Assembly: GCA_965112155.1 (NCBI GenBank)
Contig: OZ218099.1
DNA: 64,000 nt
Reading direction: 5' to 3' (one strand)
From: Podarcis liolepis
Lineage: Eukaryota
A program made the position numbers and the translations under genes. The notes beneath the pieces are model-generated. The model did no database searches, had not been told where the DNA came from, and was given only the letters and a program-made list of their open reading frames with translations. Every line of letters begins with the position of its first letter. Position 1 is the first letter of the stretch. Positions 57,901-64,000 of the stretch are shown piece after piece.

Positions 57901-60900
57901 ATGGACAGGGAAGTAAGACAATAAAAGTTTTTGGCTGGTCGTAAGATGAAAGAACCGGAAGGTGATGTAGTACTATAGAAACCCTTGAAGTGGCCAGTAG
58001 ATTACTAAGGAAGGAGAAGGATGCCTGTCTGATTTGTGGGTAAAAAGCCAACTGGGCAGATCAGGTTCCTTATATATATGGCTTGTATTCTAGCAATACA
58101 ATTCCAGTTGTAGATTTAGCCCCAGCTTATTGGTATATGTTCCCTGTGGCTTCCATTGCCTTAGCCAAGCCCTTAGTCAAACCATAGCTTCAAGGTATGA
58201 ATAATTATTTACTTCACAAGCCAGAGGTTGGGTGTGCCTATAATGGTGAATCATGCTGATATTCAGCTTCCTGCATTCCCCTTGCAGTACGCCTTAGGCT
58301 GGAAGCCAGCGGGCGCACACACCCAGTCAAACGGTACAACCAATGTCAGGTCACCACACCTGACTGGCACAAAAGTGGATTTGATCTTTGGGGGAAATGA
58401 CAGGCTGTATAACGCACAAAATGTCTGAAAGTGCGCCCTGGCAACATATATTCGTTTCCATTTATTGTGGAATTAAGGTGAAGGCAGCAGGTGTTATACA
58501 CCCCAATGTTGTACAGTGGTGCCCCGCAAGACGAATGCCTCGCAAGACGGAAAACCCGCTAGACGAAAGGGTTTTCCGTTTTGGAGGTGCTTCGCAAAAC
58601 GAATTTCCTATGGGCTTGCTTCGCAAGACGAAAATGTCTTGCGAGTTCCTGCGGGTTTTTTCCCCTTTTCTCCCCCTTTTTCCCAAGCCGCTAAGCCGCT
58701 TATCAGCTGATCCTAAGCCGCTTATCAGCTGATCCGCTAAGCCGCTTATCAGCTGATCCCGCTAAGCCGCTAAACCGCTTATCAGCTGATCCACTAAGCC
58801 GCTAATAGCGCTAATCCACCAATCCGCTAATGGGCTTGCTTCGCAAGACGAAAAAACCGCAAGACGAAGAGACTCGCGGAACGGATTCTTTTCGTCTTGC
58901 GAGGCACCACTGTACATTTCACACTGTTTAAACTGCTGTAACAAAATTTATTCCTGAGACTACCGCCTTGATTTCAGTACATTGATAAACAATTGGTTCT
59001 TGGTTATCTTTCTGTGTCACTCAGGAGATTGTATAGGGGCTCCCTTGGGGCACTTTTTATGGCTACTTGTTAACTTTTGTTGCTGTTATCATAAGAAGCG
59101 CCTGACGCACAAGTCTATCACCATTTCCTCTTGGGTGCAGATTGGCACGCGGAGAGAAGGTGGCACATAATCTTAAAACAGAAAAGAGCGAGGCTGAGAA
59201 TGGGGAGGGGGATAGTGAAAAGTGCACAAGTCTGAATTCTGAAACAAACCTTCAGCCATATAAAAAGCTAAGTCTCAAAAGAATGCTTCTTGATTCCCTT
59301 ACACACTGAGCTCTGGTGTAGTCAATCATAGGAGAGCGACCAAATTTCAGGTGTTAAAATATTAACCTATTCACTACCAAAGAAGCTCATTAAATAGATT
59401 AGATTTATTTAGAAAGCATGTGCAAGGATGCAATAAAATCCCAAACCAAATTATTAGAGGAAAACATATATAGATGAAACTAACAGTATTTGCTGCCTAA
59501 TTGTAAATGCCATCTCTCTAGCATGCCACTTCTGGCACTGTTTGCCATTCCCTGAGCTCCCGTCAGTGTCTTCTGTAGAACAGTATTAAATCCTTTTCCT
59601 GCCTAACAAGGACCCTCAAGAAAACACAAAAGCCTAATACCTAGCTAGCTTTAAATTGCACATGAGGTTTGGGTATCTGACTTCATTAAAGTCTTTTAAA
59701 AAATCACCTTTTCCCTCAGATGTCTGGTCTCCGTTGTAATGAAACATCGGTGGTACCACCACTTGGTACTTGAGACGTTCTTAATTAGAAATGAACACAC
59801 CCCTCACATCACTGGCTTTGTAACCTATAACAAGTCCGTAGCTTGTTGTCAAGGGGCTCTGGAGCCAAACTGTGTTCCTCTGGGGATGTTGGCAAGATTT
59901 CTATTCTTCACAGAAGCACATTCTCTGGAAATGCCAAAGGACATTTCTTTGTTACTTTTGACTGCTAGCGAACTTAACCCTAAATAGCATCCTAATGGAA
60001 GAGCATGGTGCTGGAGAGGAGGGCGTGGGAGATGCCCAAATTGCAGAATTCTGAAGGCAGAATTAGAATTTTAAACTGAGGCCCAGGTGTTTGTTTGCCT
60101 TTGGTTACGGTGGATAGAAACATGACAAGACACCAGTGGTAAAAAGCTAGAAGCAGATGCACGGCTAAGTCTTCAGACAGTTCTATACGCTCATGTTTGT
60201 AGAGCCGTCCTGTCTTCAAAAGGTTCAGAGCCGATAAGAATAATAGGAATGTAGCAGAATATTTTGCCCCTCCATCCTTTGATGGACATAAGAGTCAGTC
60301 TTTCAGTTAATATTAACTGGAAGCAAGTAGTGTAATACAGTTGCTTGTGCCTGCCTGCTACTGGGGAAATCTTTCTGCCGACAGATGCCGTTTACGATGT
60401 AAACATTACTGCCCCAAAACTAGGAAAGTTCTAATCATGTTATTATTATATTATTTAAAAAATGGAAAAATGCAGTGGAAAAGGGATTTCCAGGATGAAT
60501 GCCCCCACCCTGCCCACTTTTTAAGTAGCAGCCTGTTTTCAAGCTCAAAGAAAAGCATTCGTTCACAAACGGCATATTGTCTGAGCTTTTCAGGCCAAGA
60601 CTGAAGGCAGAGCCTGATGCCAAGGAAAGGGACAAGAGCGTGGTACACAGTGTCGCCTTGGAATAATGTCCTTTTGAAGAGCAGCCTTTTTCCTGTACTT
60701 GTAGAAACATTGTGTCTAATTCTCTCTATCACCAACAGCCCACATGCATTTAAGAACAAAACCTGGACGCTGCTGCATGTTGGTCAGGTTATGCCCCTAT
60801 TTTGGCAGTTGTGATACATTTTAAACAAGAAATGTTCAGCATTTGACCTGTATCTTGTTCCAATTCTCTCTCAACAATTCTCTGCTGCATTCAGTTCTTT

Positions 60901-63831
60901 GATAAACTTCAGGCTTTCACTTATCCCTTTTAAAAACTGATTTGCCCACATAAGTTTAGAACCATCATATTTTGAGATGCAGATTTTGGAAATAATTGCA
61001 ATGCCAAAATTCTTGGTCATCAATATTGGGTGAAATATTTAACTGGCAAGAGGCACTGATCAAACTTCTCGATGCTCCCGTAGTAGTTCTTAAACTGAAC
61101 AAAGTTTAAACAATAATTGTCTGTGGCTAGCAATTTGCTTTAAGAATAATCAGCAGTTGTTGCATTTATTAGGTACTGTGCCTTGCATATGAACCAGTTG
61201 TCATCGTGATCTAAACCAATGCTAATAATATATGATAGTAAATATGAAAAACACTTTCCCCAAAAAATTAAAGCTGAAGAATTGCGTTAAAGATAGAAGC
61301 ATTGAGCTTCCAGTTTCCTGCATGTCTGCCAATGCACTTGCTTCTCAGTCTTCAGAAACCACTGACAAAAAGGGGATTGTTTCTTTTTAAGATCAGAAGT
61401 ACAGGAACTTAACATGCTTAAATCTCTTTAATGCTCTTTGCTATTCTAATGGCCTCCTTTCTATTTCTAGCTTCCTTCTCTGAGCGAGTAAGAAACATGT
61501 CTCCTGATGAGATCAAAATTCCTCCAGAACCCCCTGGCAGATGTTCCAACCACTTACAGGTCAGCTTAATTTTTCATTTTTCAAATCCTATTTCTGTAAC
61601 CCATGTCATATATTGTATCTTGTTGAGGTTTTGACTGTAACTCAAAATTCCACAAAGGTTGCTGGTGTTCTTAACCACCTTTTTGTTTCAGCCAGCCTTG
61701 CAAATAATTATTGAATTTGCATACTCTTGCTGAGCAAGACCTTCCTACCTTTGCCTTCCTACCCCAAGCCCTACCCAACCCCCTGAAAATCCACTCATGA
61801 AGGTCAAGGAGCCTTCTGGGATGGTGTACAATATGGTATGGAGAACTAAAATGGGCATGAGACATAGTGGGAATCTGGTCCTCCTCTGCCTTTGAGCTAG
61901 GGCACTGTCAGTGGGCGGTTCCCTAAACCGGGTGGATGGAAGGTTGCCTGCTCCTGATGGGATTACACTCCCTCTGAATGAGTGAATATGCAGCTTCTGG
62001 ATCCATTGCTGTCACCTGAGGCTCAGGTGGCCTCCGTGATGCAGAGTGCCTCCCATCAGCTTTGGCCGGTGCAGAATTCAGCAGCCAGGTTGCTTACCGA
62101 GGCAAGATAGTTTGAGCATATAACGCCAATCGTGGCCCAACTGCATTGGCTGCCAATTAGTTTCTCAGCCTAATTCAAAGTGCTGGTTATGACCTATAGC
62201 TCAGGACCACAATATCTCAAGCACTGCTTCTCCCTATATGAACCAACCTGGACCCTGTGATCGTCATCCACAAGAGGTCCGGAGGCTGGCAGCATGAGAA
62301 CGAGCCCTTTCTGCGGTGGCTCAATGCTTGTGGAAAGCTCTCCCCAGGGAAGCTCGCCTTGTGTCTTTAGGCGAATACATTTAGGCGAATCCCTCATTTC
62401 CCAGGCCTTTGGCTCATTAAACAATTTATGGCCATTTAAATTGGGGGGGGGTTGTGTTACTTTTTAACTATGGTATGTATTTTTGTGTTTCTAAATAGTA
62501 AAGAGCCCTGTGATCCTCAGATGAAGGGCAGTATAGAAATTTTATTATTATTAATAATAATAGTAATAATAACAATAATAACAACAATAACATAAAGAAC
62601 AGTCCAGATAAAGGTGTGTATATTGCTTTTAAGTGTAAAAGAACCCTTTTGGGCAAACGGGAGTGTGCCATTTAACTTCTCTTTCAATACACGTGTGTTT
62701 GCTGTGAAGCATTCTGGAATATTGCCACTGCTTTGTATTGATTCTATGACTCTTTTCTGTGTAGGACAAGATACAAAAGCTGTATGAGAGGAAGATAAAA
62801 GAGGGCATGGACATGAACTATATCATTCAAAGAAAGAAAGAGTTCCGCAACCCAAGGTAAGACTGTCTGGTTGCATCTAAAGGGTTCCACAAGCTACATA
62901 TGGTCCTCTTCTATATTTTTAACCTCTTCAGTGAGGGGAGGGCCTAGTTAGATATGAATAAAGATGTGCAATGCTGAAAAATAATGTATTTTGATTGTTT
63001 ATTTCAGCATCTATGAGAAGTTGATCCAGTTCTGTGCGATTGATGAACTTGGCACAAATTACCCCAAGGTGAGTGGAACAAATAACTTGGGTGGGGAGGG
63101 GGGATGTTAGATGGGATTCCTGACGTCTGTGAGAATAGGTTCCTATTCTCCAGGTTTTTTGGACAGCTGGATGAAACAGTCCATTGAATGCAAGCAGTTT
63201 CCTGTCTTTAATACCTCACACCATTAGAATTGATGAGGGGCAGAGCAGGGCCATACTCACTGGTCCCGTCCCTTCCCATCATCCAGCTCTGTCAGTATAC
63301 GCATTTGAAGATAAACACGTGGGTTTGGAACTTTGCATGATTTAGGATCCTAGCCATGACGAAGATGCAGTAGAGGGGATGGGGCGAGTGAACACCCCCC
63401 CACTCACCTCACGCAGTTCTGGCTAAATACCCTCTGCACAAAATTTAGTACAGTCTCAACGTTCTACTGTTACTGAGTTACTCTTCCCCATAGTTGTGCC
63501 AAAGTACATGACCTGATCAAGGCGTTTAAGGGATGAACGTTCTGTGACAGCTAATCCCCTGGCCATCATTCTCTGTCCTTTAGCACCATCTTTCTTTCCC
63601 ATTTAGATTCTAGTTGTTAGGATAATGTTGTAACGTCTATAAACTTTTATATATTGACTTTTTTTAAAAAGGAAATAAACAAAACTGGAATGCAGAATTA
63701 AGAGCTTTGTCTTCTAACTTGATAGATTGTATATCTTAAAATTCATATTTACATAACTTTTCTTTCTCTTCTCTTTTAGGACATGTTTGATCCTCATGGG
63801 TGGTCTGAGGACTCCTATTATGAGGCACTAG
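32896..63831 (+). CDS. SAP30BP: SAP30-binding protein, coding exons 1-8 (3' end outside window)
   Basis: join(32896..33013,35284..35393,38316..38363,52333..52375,61471..61559,62765..62856,63008..63068,63780..63831). All GT-AG, phases consistent, 204 codons +1 nt. Includes VLSSLAVYAEDSEPESD and HCNGP-like FRNPSIYEKLIQFCAIDELGTNYPKDMFDPHGW. Confidence 0.97.
33290..33628. mobile_element. Non-autonomous hAT-like element
   Basis: GCCGGATTTA...TAAATCCGGCCCTG inverted ends, subterminal AGCTTAGGGCC repeats. Confidence 0.6.
33823..34419 (-). mobile_element. LTR-like element in SAP30BP intron 1 (boundaries uncertain)
   Basis: TGGTAGGA...TCCTATCA inverted ends, minus-strand TATA-like (~33969) then AATAAA (~33890), short internal direct repeats AAGACCACCCC...TACATCACAGAA; no clean TSD. 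Confidence 0.5.
35284..35393 (+). CDS. SAP30BP: SAP30BP exon 2
   Basis: EEKGGLVSEGYGEDDFSKMEGEEDGYDDDEDENSRQS; 110 nt. Confidence 0.93.
35570..35709 (-). mobile_element. Short SINE, tRNA-Lys-like head plus CR1 tail
   Basis: Homologous to 48589-48740. Confidence 0.72.
37132..37890 (-). mobile_element. Decayed CR1 LINE 3' fragment
   Basis: Remnant peptide LAVTDQEQDIGAAVDSLVKTSIQCVTAEKMMNTMLGIISKG resembles post-RT CR1 ORF2; 3' end AAGAAGAGCCTGCTGGA. Confidence 0.7.
38316..38363 (+). CDS. SAP30BP: SAP30BP exon 3
   Basis: EDDDSETEKPEADDLK; 48 nt. Confidence 0.94.
40385..40702. mobile_element. Tigger-like MITE (CAGTGGTGCC family)
   Basis: TA|CAGTGGTGCCTCGCAAGA...TCTTGCGGGGCACCACTG|TA. Confidence 0.9.
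41260..41422. mobile_element. Tc2-like MITE (family of 5396-5544, opposite orientation)
   Basis: TA|CCATATTTTTCCGTGTA...TCTTATACACGAAAAACGACGG|TA. Confidence 0.78.
44336..44635. mobile_element. hAT MITE, same family as 11260-11509
   Basis: Same ends; TSD CTCTAGTG; internal ~66-bp duplication. Confidence 0.85.
44706..45032. mobile_element. Tigger-like MITE (CAGTGGTGCC family)
   Basis: Same TIRs and TA TSD; very similar to the 40385 copy. Confidence 0.9.
45264..45405 (-). mobile_element. Short SINE, tRNA-Ile-like head plus CR1 tail
   Basis: Reverse complement resembles 2226-2385. Confidence 0.72.
48589..48740 (-). mobile_element. Short SINE, tRNA-Lys(CTT)-like head plus CR1 tail
   Basis: Reverse strand GGGATAGCTCTGTCGGTAGAG...CTTAATCTCAGGGTTGTGGGTTCAAGCC...GGTTGGACTAGATGACC...ATTCTATG. 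Confidence 0.78.
49020..49400 (+). mobile_element. Decayed CR1 fragment
   Basis: GTACAG.TCTGGTC..CAC...GCAGCAACCAA...TTCACACAGC...GACAGATTCATGGA, CR1-like 3' ORF2 remnants. Confidence 0.55.
51919..51949. repeat. (GT)n microsatellite
   Basis: Direct reading. Confidence 0.95.
52333..52375 (+). CDS. SAP30BP: SAP30BP exon 4
   Basis: DFSELEKRDPQELV; TTTAG|...|GTGAGT; 43 nt. Confidence 0.93.
52615..54593 (-). mobile_element. 5'-truncated L1-clade LINE with uninterrupted ORF2 3' portion (end of RT plus Cys/His zinc knuckle)
   Basis: ORF with FADD catalytic motif, KYLGVYL, GGFALPDL, CWKC...HLWWTC; poly(A) tail (T-run ~52613-52622) and AATAAA; 19-bp TSD AGGGAAGCCACCCCCTATT at 52596-52614 and 54594-54612. 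Confidence 0.95.
54823..55073. mobile_element. Tigger-like MITE
   Basis: TA|CAGTCGTACCTTGGTT...AACCAAGGTACGACTG|TA perfect TIRs. Confidence 0.88.
56316..56451. mobile_element. Hairpin hAT MITE (same core family)
   Basis: Near-palindromic; TSD CTCTATAC. Confidence 0.85.
56818..57026. mobile_element. Tigger-like MITE, degenerate
   Basis: AGTGGCACCTCGGTTTTCAAA...TTCAAAAACCAAGGTACCACTG|TA. Confidence 0.7.
58514..58912. mobile_element. Tigger-like MITE (CAGTGGTGCC family), inverted relative to 40385/44706
   Basis: Same TIRs and TA TSD; internal expansion of CCGCTTATCAGCTGATCC x4. Confidence 0.9.
61471..61559 (+). CDS. SAP30BP: SAP30BP exon 5
   Basis: ASFSERVRNMSPDEIKIPPEPPGRCSNHLQ; 89 nt. Confidence 0.96.
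61900..62545 (+). mobile_element. Decayed L2 LINE 3' fragment followed by (AAT)n
   Basis: GAGCATATAACGCCAATC...CTGCATTGGCTGCCAATT (EHITP..LHWLP, L2 ORF2 C-terminal signature); 3' GAAGGGCAGTATAGAAAT. Confidence 0.7.
62765..62856 (+). CDS. SAP30BP: SAP30BP exon 6
   Basis: DKIQKLYERKIKEGMDMNYIIQRKKEFRNP; 92 nt. Confidence 0.96.
63008..63068 (+). CDS. SAP30BP: SAP30BP exon 7
   Basis: SIYEKLIQFCAIDELGTNYPK; 61 nt. Confidence 0.96.
63780..63831 (+). CDS. SAP30BP: SAP30BP exon 8
   Basis: DMFDPHGWSEDSYYEAL; 52 nt. Confidence 0.95.
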
Positions 63832-64000
63832 GTATTGCATCCAGTTTTTGTTTTGATACCCTCTCTAGTGTTCGTAAATGATTCTGGAACTTCAGAGATG
63901 GTTTAATTGAACCTATTTATCTGTACAGTGCCTTTTCTTTAAGGAGCTCAAAGCACTGTACCTGAGGATCTATACCATTCCCCCCCCCCTTTATCTGAAT

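Overview
Vertebrate genomic DNA, most likely a squamate (lacertid-like lizard, judged from a Sauria SINE and the MITE content), with one 200-N gap. It holds the RECQL5/SAP30BP head-to-head locus. Seven RECQL5 coding exons (helicase core) run on the minus strand from 31827 to 24114, followed by a >24 kb intron that leaves the window. Two single-pass micropeptide genes, SMIM5 and SMIM6, are nested antisense in that intron. SAP30BP coding exons 1-8 run on the plus strand from 32896, from a shared CpG-island promoter. Introns carry Tc1/mariner and hAT MITEs, SINEs, CR1/L2 relics, LTR-like elements and a young 5'-truncated L1. I see no prokaryotic-type system or CRISPR. Best leads: (1) the SMIM6-position peptide looks like a bridge to the SMIM5/18/22 family; (2) an in-frame stop at the RECQL5 donor gives a 410-aa alpha-like isoform, with a sense solo-LTR poly(A) signal downstream; (3) a 1.8 kb Tc2-like element built almost entirely of tandem hairpins just upstream of the SMIM5 coding exon; (4) an unexplained ~130-bp inverted duplication behind SMIM5. 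Comparisons with human proteins are from memory, not database searches.
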